Shown: piece by piece, positions 1 through 8,170 of the stretch
Layout: the number at the start of each line of letters is the position of its first letter
Numbering within the stretch: position 1 is the stretch's first letter
NCBI GenBank assembly: GCA_944336625.1
Contig: CALVLF010000048.1
Span: 1-19,942 of the forward strand
From: an uncultured Clostridia bacterium
GTDB taxonomy: Bacteria > Bacillota > Clostridia > Christensenellales > CAG-138
DNA length: 19,942 bases
Direction of reading: 5' to 3'
The notes under the pieces: model-generated
What the model saw: the letters and a program-made list of their open reading frames with translations, nothing else
Told to the model about the DNA's origin: nothing
Databases searched by the model: none
Program-made: the position numbers and the translations under genes

Positions 1-723
1 GCCCATGCCGCAGGCAATGGCCTGCTTAATACCCTCTAGGCTGTCAAAATAGGCTACGGTGTGCAGGTCTTCCGGACTGACGCCGCAGTTGATCAGGTAG
101 GAGTCGGATTCCTTCCGGGTGCCGGAGCCCAGCATACGCAGAAGGAAGGGAGCCGTTTTCAAGGATTCCACGGGGAAATTATCGCGGGGCAGGGCCTGAT
201 AGGCCTCCGTATTGGGGGTAGCGATAACCAGCCTGTCCTTGGCGATCTCCACGAATTTACATTTTTCTTCATCCAGGGTAGTTCCCGTAAAGCCCAGCAC
301 GGCTTCGTCCGTTACAACCCGGCGGATAACCTGGCCGCTGTCCGCTTCTCGGACGGAAAAGAGGATGTGCGGATACTGCTGGCTAAAGTTATGAATAAGC
401 TTGGGAAGGACATATTCGGCAGGCACGGTACTGGCCGCCAACTCCAGGGTGGTTGTGAGCATTTCCGGGAAATGCTTCATGGCATAATAGGTTCGGTCCC
501 GCATCATGAGAAGGTTGTTGGCGTATTCGTAAAGGACGGCGCCTGCGGCGGAGGGATAGACAGCCTTGGTGGAGCGGATAATCAGCTGCACCCCCATTTC
601 TTCCTCCAGGGCGCTGATATGGGCGCTGACGGTGGGCTGCGTCAGATAGAGGTCTTCAGCGGCCTTGGAAAAGCTATGGAACTTTACGATGGAAACAAAT
701 ACCTCTAGCTGACGGAAGTTCAT
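1..723 (-). CDS. LysR-family transcriptional regulator (N-terminal 241 codons; 3' end lies beyond the window start)
   Basis: The reverse complement of 1..723 is open from the ATG (complement of 721..723). It reads MNFRQLEVFVSIVKFHSFSKAAEDLYLTQPTVSAHISALEEEMGVQLIIRSTK..., the canonical LysR winged-HTH signature, followed by a substrate-binding-domain-like region. A GAGGAG Shine-Dalgarno (complement of 732..737) sits 8 nt upstream. The gene is absent from the ORF track because it has no stop inside the window. The + strand ORF 61..708 is its antisense shadow. Confidence 0.85.
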   Translation of the reverse strand, partial: MNFRQLEVFVSIVKFHSFSKAAEDLYLTQPTVSAHISALEEEMGVQLIIRSTKAVYPSAAGAVLYEYANNLLMMRDRTYYAMKHFPEMLTTTLELAASTVPAEYVLPKLIHNFSQQYPHILFSVREADSGQVIRRVVTDEAVLGFTGTTLDEEKCKFVEIAKDRLVIATPNTEAYQALPRDNFPVESLKTAPFLLRMLGSGTRKESDSYLINCGVSPEDLHTVAYFDSLEGIKQAIACGMG

Positions 724-830
724 AAAAAATACTCCTCATGCTTATGATTTGGGCAACTGGGGGCGCCTTGCAGGACTACAGGCCTTTGGCGCAACCTTCT
801 GCGGCGGCCCCGTTCACGGAGCCACGAAGG

Positions 831-868
831 CCATATATATCCTATATATAGATGATAACCTATATTTC
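831..868. promoter_or_regulatory. AT-rich block with three CC(A/T)ATAT(A/T)T repeats; candidate divergent promoter/operator between the LysR gene and selA
   Basis: CCATATATAT (831..840), CCTATATATA (841..850) and CCTATATTT (859..867) form the only AT-rich island in a GC-rich 420-nt intergenic region. They contain TATAAT-like hexamers and T-N11-A-type spacing of the kind LysR proteins use. No experimental support is available. Confidence 0.3.
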
Positions 869-1142
869 AACCTGGCGCAATCCCTGTTGGGTTATTTCCA
901 AAGAAAAATAATGCCGGGGGAGGTGGCCGGGGAAAGGGAAGCGGATAGAAAGCTGGTTCCGGCCAATCCCGAATTTTCTGCCCCGCGATTCACCGGCATG
1001 GGACGCAAAAAAACGAGCGAAAGGCTAAGCCGGAAATATTGGCAAATACGATATTGTCCAGCTTGAAAAAACGGCGGCCCTGTGCTTTACTGTAAAGAAG
1101 AAAAACAGCGCTTCGCCATAAAATGGGGGGGCGGGAGAGGAA

Positions 1143-2555
1143 ATGGCAATGGATGGACGAAGTGAGTCGCTGCGGCGGCTCCCCAAGATGGACGGGCTGC
1201 TGAGCCGGGCTATGGAGGATAGCCGGTTTTCCCATAAGGGCCGGGGTCTGGTGGCGGATAGCCTGCGGGCCTGTTTGGAGGCGGCACGGCGGGATATTTT
1301 GGCGGGTAAAGCTGTAGATGTAGGGGAGGAGGCGCTGCTGCAGCAGGCAGCAGCCCTGCTGCAGTCCCAGGAAACTCCCAGCCAGCGGCCTATTATCAAC
1401 GGCACGGGCGTGATTCTGCATACAAACCTGGGCCGTGCGCTCCTGGCGCAACCGGCCATCCAGGCGGTCCAAACCGTGGCCGCCGGCTATTCCACCCTGG
1501 AATTCGACTGCAGCACCGGCAAGCGGGGAGATAGGTATATTCATGTGGAGAACCTGCTTAAGGAATTGCTGGGGGTGGAGGCTGCCCTGGTGGTCAACAA
1601 TAACGCTGCCGCCGTACTCCTGGCGTTGAGCGCTGTGGCCCGGGGCCAGGAGGTAATCGTATCCCGGGGGGAGCTGGTGGAGATCGGCGGGGCCTTCCGG
1701 GTGCCGGAGGTTATGGAGCAGAGCGGTTGCATCCTCAAAGAAGTGGGCACCACCAACAAGACCCATCCCGGGGATTACAGCGGGGCCATCGGGGAAAACA
1801 CGGCGGCCCTTATGAAGGTCCATACCAGCAATTACCGCATTGTAGGCTTTACGGAGGAAGTATCCGTGGCGGAGATGGCTGCCATTGCCCACGACCGGGG
1901 CCTGCCTCTGCTCTATGACCTGGGAAGCGGCGCCATGCTCCCCCTTTCCCCATATGGCGTGCAGGATGAGCCCACGGTGCAGGAGGGCCTCAGCGGCGGG
2001 GCGGACGTGCTCTGTTTCTCCGGGGATAAGCTCCTGGGCGGCCCGCAGGCAGGCATCCTGGTGGGCAAGGCCGCTTATATCGAGAAAATGAAGCACCATC
2101 CCCTGCTCCGGGCTCTTCGGGTGGATAAGATGACCCTGGCGGCCCTGGAAGCAACCCTGCGGCTATACCGCTATCCAGAGGAAGCCTTGGGCAAAATTCC
2201 CTTCTATCAAATGCTGTCCCAGCCCCTGGAAAGCCTGGAGGCCCGGGGAAAGACCCTGCTGGCCCGCCTGGGGGAGGCAGCGGATTTTACGGCGGATCTG
2301 GTAGAGAGCCGGGCCCAGATAGGGGCTGGCTCCGTGCCCAATGAGACCATTCCCTCCCGGGCCGTGCGGCTGCAGCTACGGTCGGTTACGCCGGAGGCTT
2401 TCTGCCACCGGCTGCTGCAGCGGCCGGAGCCAGTGGCGGCCCGCATCCATAAGGACACGGTATTGCTGGATATGCGCACGGTGCCGGATGGGGCTCTGGA
2501 TGCCCTGGCGGAAGCGGTGAAGGCCTGCAGCAGGAAGGAGGATGCCTGTGAATAA
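1143..2555 (+). CDS. selA: L-seryl-tRNA(Sec) selenium transferase (selenocysteine synthase)
   Basis: 470-aa ORF with family hallmarks: ..[17 protein letters not shown].., ..[14 protein letters not shown].., ..[14 protein letters not shown].. and the PLP-lysine motif [13 protein letters not shown]. The start may be the second ATG at 1149, which is better spaced from GGAGAGG at 1134..1140. The stop overlaps the selB start. Confidence 0.95.
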   Translation: MAMDGRSESLRRLPKMDGLLSRAMEDSRFSHKGRGLVADSLRACLEAARRDILAGKAVDVGEEALLQQAAALLQSQETPSQRPIINGTGVILHTNLGRALLAQPAIQAVQTVAAGYSTLEFDCSTGKRGDRYIHVENLLKELLGVEAALVVNNNAAAVLLALSAVARGQEVIVSRGELVEIGGAFRVPEVMEQSGCILKEVGTTNKTHPGDYSGAIGENTAALMKVHTSNYRIVGFTEEVSVAEMAAIAHDRGLPLLYDLGSGAMLPLSPYGVQDEPTVQEGLSGGADVLCFSGDKLLGGPQAGILVGKAAYIEKMKHHPLLRALRVDKMTLAALEATLRLYRYPEEALGKIPFYQMLSQPLESLEARGKTLLARLGEAADFTADLVESRAQIGAGSVPNETIPSRAVRLQLRSVTPEAFCHRLLQRPEPVAARIHKDTVLLDMRTVPDGALDALAEAVKACSRKEDACE

Positions 2556-4449
2556 TGTGATCATCGGAACGGCGGGCCATGTGGACCACGGAAAGACCTG
2601 CCTCATCAACGCCCTGACCGGCATCGATACGGACAGGCTGGAGGAGGAAAAACGCCGGGGCATTACCATCGAACTGGGCTTTGCCTATCTGGACCTGCCC
2701 GATGGAGGGAAGGCGGGCATCATCGATGTGCCTGGCCATGAGAAATTCATCCGGAACATGCTGGCCGGCGCAGGGGGCATCGACCTGGCGCTGCTGGTGG
2801 TGGCGGCGGATGAGGGGGTTATGCCCCAGACCAAGGAGCACCTGGGTATCCTTTCCCTGCTGGATATCCAGCGGGGCTGCGTGGCCCTGACCAAGATCGA
2901 TATGGTGGACCAGGAATGGCTGGAGCTGGTGACGGCAGATGTGCAGGATCAGCTCAAGGGAACCTGCCTGGAGGGCGCTCCCATCCTGCCCGTATCCTCT
3001 TACACGGGGGAGGGCATCGAGGCGCTGCGCCAGACCCTTTTCGACCTGGTGGCAAAAACCCGGGGCAAGCATACGGAGCGTCCCTTCCGCCTGCCGGCGG
3101 ACCGGGTATTTTCCATGCAGGGCTTTGGCACGGTAGCCACGGGCACCCTTATTGAAGGGACTCTTCACCAGGGAGAGGACGTAATGATCTATCCCAGCGG
3201 CCGCCTGGCAAAGGCCCGAGGTTTACAGGTGCATTCCCAGAGCGTGGCGGAGGCCCAAGCGGGCCAGCGGGTTGCCGTGAATCTGCAAGGCGTTAAGAAG
3301 GAAGAGCTGAACCGGGGGGATGTGCTGGCCAAGCCCGGCAGCCTGCAAACCACCATGATGGTGGATGCGCGGCTGCGGGTGCTGGAAGATGCGGCCTGGT
3401 CTATCAAAAACGGCAGCAGGCTGCATTTTTACTGCGGCGCTAAGGAGCTCCTCTGCAAAGTGGTTCTGCTGGGCGGGTTGGAAGAACTCCTGCCCGGAGA
3501 CAACTGCTACGCCCAGCTTCGCTTTGAGGAGCCCATTGCCTTGAAGGCGGAAGATCATTTCGTAGTCCGTTTCTATTCCCCTATCGTTACCATCGGCGGC
3601 GGGCAGATTCTGGATCCCAAGCCCCATAAGCACCGCCATGGGGATATGGAGGTGCCGGAAGTCCTGGCAAAGCTCCAGCAGGGAGATCAGAAGGACAGGG
3701 TGGAGGCTCTGGTGCAGGAAAACAGCCCCCGCTATGCGCCCCTTGGGCAGATCCGGCTCCAGACCAACCTGAACGAGGCGGATTTTATGGCCTGCGTTCG
3801 TGGGCTGGAGGAAGAAGGAAAGCTCCTGCCCGTTACAGATAAGCTGGATATCCACCGGACATACTATGAAACGCTGCAGGAGAAGGCACGTGCCATCCTG
3901 GGGGACTTCCATAAGGCGAATCCCCTCAAGGCGGGCCTTCGGCGGGAAGCCCTGCGGGCCAGCCTGCTGCCCCGGCTGGAAACGGGGGCAGCGGATAAGC
4001 TGCTGGAGCGGATGGCAGCGGATGGTACTCTGGCGGCAGCAGGCCGCTGCCTGGCCCTGCCGGATTTCCGCGTTCGGTTTACGCCGGAGCAGCAGGCCTT
4101 GAAGGAAAGGCTGCTGGCGGCCTGTGCAAAGGAGCCCTTCGCGCCGCCGGAGCGGAGCCAGTTGGCCCGGGAAATGGGGAAAAACAAGGACTTCCAGAAA
4201 GTGCTGGATTACCTGACGGACGAAGGGGACCTGGTCCCCCTGGAGCCGGACCTGCTCTTTACCCGCCAGGCCATGGAGGAGGCGGAGGGATTGTTCCGCG
4301 GGCTTGCAGAAAAGGAAGGCATGGTTACCCTGGCCCAATTCCGGGATGCCATCGGCACCTCCCGGAAATACGCTATGGCCCTGCTGGAATATTGGGATCT
4401 GACGGGCCTGACCCGGAAGGAAGGCGATGCAAGACGCCTGCAAAATTAA
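2542..4449 (+). CDS. selB: Selenocysteine-specific translation elongation factor
   Basis: 635-aa ORF with GTPase motifs [16 protein letters not shown] and TKID. It has EF-Tu-like domains II/III and a long C-terminal winged-helix (SECIS-binding) extension ending ..[27 protein letters not shown]. It overlaps selA by 14 nt. GTG at 2548 is better spaced from AGGAAGGAGG (2532..2541) and may be the true start. Confidence 0.95.
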   Translation: MPVNNVIIGTAGHVDHGKTCLINALTGIDTDRLEEEKRRGITIELGFAYLDLPDGGKAGIIDVPGHEKFIRNMLAGAGGIDLALLVVAADEGVMPQTKEHLGILSLLDIQRGCVALTKIDMVDQEWLELVTADVQDQLKGTCLEGAPILPVSSYTGEGIEALRQTLFDLVAKTRGKHTERPFRLPADRVFSMQGFGTVATGTLIEGTLHQGEDVMIYPSGRLAKARGLQVHSQSVAEAQAGQRVAVNLQGVKKEELNRGDVLAKPGSLQTTMMVDARLRVLEDAAWSIKNGSRLHFYCGAKELLCKVVLLGGLEELLPGDNCYAQLRFEEPIALKAEDHFVVRFYSPIVTIGGGQILDPKPHKHRHGDMEVPEVLAKLQQGDQKDRVEALVQENSPRYAPLGQIRLQTNLNEADFMACVRGLEEEGKLLPVTDKLDIHRTYYETLQEKARAILGDFHKANPLKAGLRREALRASLLPRLETGAADKLLERMAADGTLAAAGRCLALPDFRVRFTPEQQALKERLLAACAKEPFAPPERSQLAREMGKNKDFQKVLDYLTDEGDLVPLEPDLLFTRQAMEEAEGLFRGLAEKEGMVTLAQFRDAIGTSRKYAMALLEYWDLTGLTRKEGDARRLQN

Positions 4450-4458
4450 ATTCTTTTC

Positions 4459-4487
4459 TTGCAAAACCCGGCCGTCCCGTGTATAAT
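4459..4487 (+). promoter_or_regulatory. Candidate SigA-type promoter for tRNA-Sec
   Basis: TTGCAA (4459..4464), an exact 17-nt spacer, then TATAAT (4482..4487). This lies about 20 nt upstream of the predicted mature tRNA 5' end, in the selB-selC spacer. Confidence 0.5.
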
Positions 4488-4506
4488 CAGGTGGCGGCCA
4501 GTATAT

Positions 4507-4603
4507 GGGGGTAGATGGGTGCTGGTGTGCCCCTCGGTCTTCAAAACCGATGTGAGCAGTTAGGAGCTGCTTGGGTGGGTTCAATTCCTACATACTCCCG
4601 CCA
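4507..4603 (+). tRNA. selC: tRNA-Sec (anticodon UCA, encoded CCA end)
   Basis: Hand-folded. Acceptor GGGGGUAG (4507..4514) pairs with AUACUCCC (4592..4599): seven pairs including one G-U, plus a G/A mismatch at the eighth. Then discriminator G and CCA (4601..4603). The D stem is 6 bp, GGGUGC/GUGCCC, with the 4-nt loop UGGU. The anticodon stem UCGGU/ACCGA carries loop CUUCAAA with UCA at 4541..4543. There is a long variable arm (about 4552..4573) and a 5-bp T stem GUGGG/CCUAC with loop UUCAAUU. The 8/5 geometry, 6-bp D stem and long extra arm are the bacterial tRNA-Sec signature. Confidence 0.9.
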
Positions 4604-4658
4604 TATTTGTTCGGTCTATAAGACGCTGAACAAAAATAGATAAAATCAATGCAATGCA

Positions 4659-4689
4659 GGAAAGCGCGAAAAAAATCAAAGCGCTTTCC
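4659..4689. repeat. Perfect 9-bp inverted repeat GGAAAGCGC-N13-GCGCTTTCC
   Basis: Read directly from the sequence: 4659..4667 is the exact reverse complement of 4681..4689, and the loop is A-rich. No U-tract follows on either strand, so it is not a classical terminator. It may be a protein-binding palindrome or an RNA stabiliser. Confidence 0.4.
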
Positions 4690-4739
4690 CCTTGTGAAAA
4701 TCAAAGAGAAAGGCGGGCATTTTGTTTTTCTATAATGTT

Positions 4740-4767
4740 CCAGGCGCCTTGCGCCAGGGCATTTTTT
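4740..4767 (+). terminator. Candidate intrinsic terminator between selC and the grd leader
   Basis: CCAGGCGC CTT GCGCCAGG forms a stem with one A/A mismatch, followed by GCATTTTTT (T-run 4762..4767). Confidence 0.35.
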
Positions 4768-4812
4768 GGTATATGATTAGTTTATAACAAAGTTAATAGA
4801 GGTTGGTTGATC

Positions 4813-4996
4813 GTAGTCGGGAGAGAGCGCCTTGGCGCCGCCGAAGGAATAAATGCGCAGCTTGCACCTACGCGTGAAGATCTCAGGCAAAAGAACCGGC
4901 TACAGGACAACGCTCTGGAGAGCGCAAGCACCGAAGAAGTAACTTCAAGCGCGGTTGGCCCGTTCCGAGAAGGAAGCTTTCAGGTTAGTTACAGAG
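4813..4996 (+). promoter_or_regulatory. Tandem glycine riboswitch (two aptamers)
   Basis: Aptamer 1: P1 is GUAGUCGG (4813..4820) paired with CCGGCUAC (4896..4903), with the core elements GGGAGAG, CGCCGAAGGAAUAA and CUCAGGCAAAAGAAC. Aptamer 2: P1 is CUCUG (4913..4917) paired with CAGAG (4992..4996), with the core elements GGAGAG, CACCGAAGAAGUAA and UUCAGGUUAGUUAC. These match the remembered glycine-riboswitch consensus (GGAGAG ... CACCGAAGGGGCAA ... CUCAGGCAAAAGGAC) in the usual tandem arrangement. Confidence 0.85.
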
Positions 4997-5038
4997 TGGA
5001 AGGCAAGGCTGAAGGCGTTGTGTTCCACTTTTTATTTT
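4993..5038 (+). terminator. Riboswitch expression platform: intrinsic terminator overlapping the 3' strand of aptamer-2 P1
   Basis: AGAGUGGAA (4993..5001) can pair with UUCCACUUU (5023..5031), followed by UUUUUAUUUU (5029..5038). The 5' arm shares nucleotides with the P1 3' strand (CAGAG). This fits a glycine-ON design in which the ligand-stabilised P1 prevents terminator formation. Confidence 0.6.
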
Positions 5039-5058
5039 CCTGAAGAGGAGGTGTAAGC

Positions 5059-5430
5059 GTGCTAGAGCGAATGGTCGTTTTTACCAACAACCCTATGGTA
5101 AGGGATGCCCTCTCCCAGCGGGATGGGTGCAAGGTGCATTATGCGCCCGTGAGTTATAGGCAGATTCTCTGCTTGGCCCGGGATGCGGTGCATCAGGGCC
5201 ACAAACTCTTGACACACCCCCTTTCAGGCAGCGTCAAGCCTGGCGAAACCCCTTATAAATCCGTGGCAGTTTCCCAGGAGAAAGGTTTGTTGGACCTACC
5301 CTCCCTTTCTCTGATCGAGAACAGTATCGTAACCTGCGATAAGTTCCCGATTCGCAGCAAAAGCAAAGACCCCTCCCTACAGGAGGACTTTCAGCTGGTT
5401 GACCTGTCACTGATTATGTCCATTTTTTAG
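5059..5430 (+). CDS. grdX: Glycine reductase complex accessory protein GrdX
   Basis: 123-aa ORF containing ..FTNNPMVRD.. and ..GHKLLTHPLSGSVKPGETPYKSV.., which I recognise as the GrdX family core. The GTG start sits 6 nt after GAGGAGG (5046..5052). It is the first gene after the glycine riboswitch. Confidence 0.85.
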   Translation: MLERMVVFTNNPMVRDALSQRDGCKVHYAPVSYRQILCLARDAVHQGHKLLTHPLSGSVKPGETPYKSVAVSQEKGLLDLPSLSLIENSIVTCDKFPIRSKSKDPSLQEDFQLVDLSLIMSIF

Positions 5431-5517
5431 TGGCCGCCAACGGCTTCACAGGAACCCTGTAGAAAAAGATTTGGTCCCCATAGATCAATTACCGAAAAAA
5501 TGAGGAGGTGTCTCAAG

Positions 5518-6798
5518 TTGAAATTGGAACTCGGATATATCCATATCCACGACATTCAGCTGGCTGCAGCTTCTAAAGTTGAGAATGGCGTCCTATACGT
5601 GGATGCTGAAGCGGTGAAGAAGCTCGTTCTGGAGGATGAGCAGATCGCATCCGTAGAAGTGGAAGTTGCCCATCCAGGCGAGAGCGTGCGCATCACGCCC
5701 GTAAAGGACGTTATTGAGCCCCGCGTAAAGGTAGAGGGGCCCGGCGGTATGTTCCCGGGCGTTATCTCTAAGGTGGATACCGTAGGCAGCGGCAAGACCC
5801 ATGTGCTCAAGGGCGCCGCTGTGGTTACCACTGGCAAGATCGTGGGCTTCCAGGAGGGCATCATCGACATGAGCGGCGTTGGCGCCCAGTATACCCCCTT
5901 CTCCAAGACCAACAACCTGGTGCTAGTTGTGCAGCCTGTAGAGGGCCTTAAACAGCATGATCATGAGCATGCCGTCCGCATGGCCGGCCTGAAGACAGCC
6001 GTTTATCTTGGGGAACTGGCGCGGAGCTTGACCCCGGATGAGACGGAAACCTTCGAGACACTTCCGTTAAAAGAGAGCATGGACAAGTATCCGGAACTTC
6101 CCCGGGTAGGCTATGTGCAGATGCTGCAGAGCCAGGGCCTGCTTCATGATACCTATGTTTATGGCGTAGACGCCAAAAGAATCATTCCCACCGTCATCTA
6201 TCCCACCGAGGTTATGGACGGTGCCATTATCAGCGGAAACTGCGTCTCTGCCTGCGATAAGAACCCCACCTACGTCCACCAGAATAACCCCATCGTGCAT
6301 GATCTTTTTGCCCAGCACGGCAAAACGATCAACTTCGCTGCGATGGTCATTACCAACGAAAACGTCTATCTGGCGGATAAAGAACGCTCCTCCAACTGGT
6401 CTTCGAAGCTCTGCGAGTTCCTGGGCCTGGATGCGGTCATCATCTCCGAGGAAGGTTTCGGCAACCCCGATACCGACCTGATTATGAACTGCCGCAAGAT
6501 TACCGAAAAGGGCATTAAGACCGTCATCGTGACCGATGAATACGCCGGACGGGATGGTTCTTCCCAGTCCCTGGCCGATGCCCATTCCTCCGCCGACGCC
6601 CTGGTCACCGGCGGCAACGCCAACCAGGTCATCACCCTGCCCAAGATGGACAAGGTCATCGGCACAGAGGACTATGTCGGTATTATTGCCGGCGGCTGGG
6701 ATCAGAATAAGCACGAGGATGGAACCATCGACGTGGAGATCCAGGCTATTACCGGCGCTACCAGCGAAGTGGGCTTCAACTACCTGAGCGCCCGTTAA
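5518..6798 (+). CDS. grdE: Glycine reductase component B proprotein (alpha/beta subunits, pyruvoyl-forming)
   Basis: The ORF is open from 5500. A TTG at 5518 sits 9 nt after GAGGAGG (5502..5508) and gives the family-typical N-terminus M-KLELGYIHIHDIQ.. . It contains the autoprocessing motif ..ISGN/CVSAC.. with the Cys codon at 6241..6243. Confidence 0.9.
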   Translation: MKLELGYIHIHDIQLAAASKVENGVLYVDAEAVKKLVLEDEQIASVEVEVAHPGESVRITPVKDVIEPRVKVEGPGGMFPGVISKVDTVGSGKTHVLKGAAVVTTGKIVGFQEGIIDMSGVGAQYTPFSKTNNLVLVVQPVEGLKQHDHEHAVRMAGLKTAVYLGELARSLTPDETETFETLPLKESMDKYPELPRVGYVQMLQSQGLLHDTYVYGVDAKRIIPTVIYPTEVMDGAIISGNCVSACDKNPTYVHQNNPIVHDLFAQHGKTINFAAMVITNENVYLADKERSSNWSSKLCEFLGLDAVIISEEGFGNPDTDLIMNCRKITEKGIKTVIVTDEYAGRDGSSQSLADAHSSADALVTGGNANQVITLPKMDKVIGTEDYVGIIAGGWDQNKHEDGTIDVEIQAITGATSEVGFNYLSAR

Positions 6799-6813
6799 GA
6801 GAGGAGGTAAACC

Positions 6814-8130
6814 ATGAGCAAGTTAAGAGTAGTTCACTATATTAACCAGTTCTTCGCTCAGATCGGCGGCGAAGAAATGGCGGATTATAAGCCGGAATAC
6901 CGGGAAGGTATTGTAGGCCCTGGTTTGGCCTTGCAGACTGCTTTCGGCGAAGAGGCCGAGATCGTGGGGACCGTCATCTGCGGCGACTCCTACTTCAATG
7001 AGAATTTGGAAAAGGCCACTGCTGAGGTCCTGGAAATGATCAAGGCTGCGAAGCCGGATCTGTTCATCGCCGGTCCTGCCTTTAACGCAGGCCGTTACGG
7101 CGTGGCTTGCGGCACCATTACCGATGCCGTCAAAAAGGAACTGGGCATTCCTGCTCTGACCGGTATGTATGTAGAAAACCCCGGCGCGGATATGTTCAAG
7201 AGCTCCGTTTACATCATTTCCACCAAGAACAGCGCTGCCGGCATGCGCGACGCTGCTCCTAAGATGGCTAAGCTGGGCCTGAAGCTGGCCAAGGGCGAGA
7301 AAGTCGGCGCCTCCTGCGAGGATGGTTATATCCCCAATGGTATCCGCGTCAACCTGTTTGAGAAGGAGCGGGGTTCCAAGCGCGCTGTGAAGATGCTGCT
7401 GGCTAAGATTAATGGCAAACCCTTCACCACCGAGTATCCCATGCCCGATTTCGACCGGGTACCGCCCTGCCCCGCCGTGAAGGATATCGCCCATGCCAAG
7501 ATCGCCCTGGTTACCTCCGGCGGCATCGTGCCCAAGGGCAATCCAGACCATATTGAAAGCTCCAATGCCACCCATTATGGTAAGTATGATATCGAGGGCG
7601 TGGATGATCTGACCAGTGATACCTACGCCACTGCCCATGGCGGCTACGATCCTGTTTACGCTAACGAGGATGCAGACCGTGTGCTGCCGGTGGATGTTAT
7701 GCGGGAGTTTGAAAAGGAAGGTAAGATCGGTTCCCTTTACCGCTATTTTTACACCACCGTTGGTAACGGCACTGCCGTTAAGAGCGCAAAGGCCTTCGCA
7801 GCTGAGTTCTCCAAGGAGCTTGTTGCGGATGGAGTGCAGGCTGTAATCCTAACCTCTACCTGAGGCACCTGCACACGTTGCGGTGCAACGATGGTAAAAG
7901 AAATCGAGCGTGCAGGTATCCCTGTGGTCCATATTTGCACAGTTACCCCTATTTCCCTGACGGTTGGCGCGAACCGGATCGTTCCCGCCATTGCCATTCC
8001 GCATCCTCTGGGCAACCCGGCCCTTACGGCGGAAGAAGAAAAGAATATCCGCCGCAAGATTTTGGAAACGGCCTTGCAGGCCCTGTCCACGGAGGTTACG
8101 GATCAAACCGTTTTTGAGGTTAAATATTAA
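6814..8130 (+). CDS. grdB: Glycine reductase selenoprotein B; in-frame UGA (7861..7863) decoded as selenocysteine (residue 350)
   Basis: Track ORFs 6814..7863 and 7891..8130 are in the same frame and are separated only by the TGA. Read-through gives ..AVILTST-U-GTCTRCGATMVKEIERAGIPVVHICTV.., the conserved GrdB Sec-x-x-Cys-x-x-Cys active-site context. There is a GAGGAGG RBS upstream, candidate SECIS hairpins lie directly 3' of the UGA, and selA/selB/selC are in the same window. Confidence 0.93.
7864..7914 (+). promoter_or_regulatory. Candidate SECIS element of grdB
   Basis: There are two mutually exclusive folds. (a) CGUUGC-GGU-GCAACG (7876..7890) is a 6-bp stem with a GGU loop, starting 12 nt after the UGA. 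(b) GCACC(U)GCA-CACGU-UGC GGUGC (7865..7886) has a bulged U. An outer helix CCUGCAC (7868..7874) / GUGCAGG (7909..7915 approx) could close fold (a). Confidence 0.5.
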
Positions 8131-8170
8131 CTTTTAAATATTAATTTTGAAAGGATTCGGAAAGAGCTCT

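Noticed and set aside
61-708. 215-aa + strand ORF at the left edge
   Set aside because: It is the antisense shadow of the LysR-family gene on the minus strand, which has a clear HTH signature, start codon and RBS. The + strand product is low-complexity (G/A/H-rich) with no recognisable motif or RBS.
749-1066. 105-aa + strand ORF in the LysR-selA spacer
   Set aside because: It has a non-ATG start, no RBS and an implausible sequence, and it spans the AT-rich promoter-like block. I treat the region as non-coding.
990-4584. Long minus-strand ORFs (990..2099, 2386..3168, 3223..4584 and smaller ones) opposite selA/selB
   Set aside because: These are typical stop-poor antisense frames of GC-rich genes. 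Their products are Pro/Arg/Gly/Leu-rich with no motifs. The + strand genes have unambiguous family signatures, and 3223..4584 would even run through the tRNA-Sec gene.
4731-4736. TATAAT hexamer as the grd operon promoter
   Set aside because: No acceptable -35 lies at 16..18 nt (GAAAGG-like only), and the predicted start would fall at the 5' edge of the 4740..4767 hairpin/T-run, so the transcript would run straight into it. I could not define the true grd promoter by eye, so none is reported.
4807-5043. 78-aa + strand ORF upstream of grdX
   Set aside because: It coincides exactly with the tandem glycine riboswitch and its terminator, and has a non-ATG start without an RBS.
7891-8130. 79-aa ORF as an independent small gene
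   Set aside because: It is in frame with 6814..7863 and is the conserved C-terminus of GrdB after the Sec codon. It has no RBS of its own.
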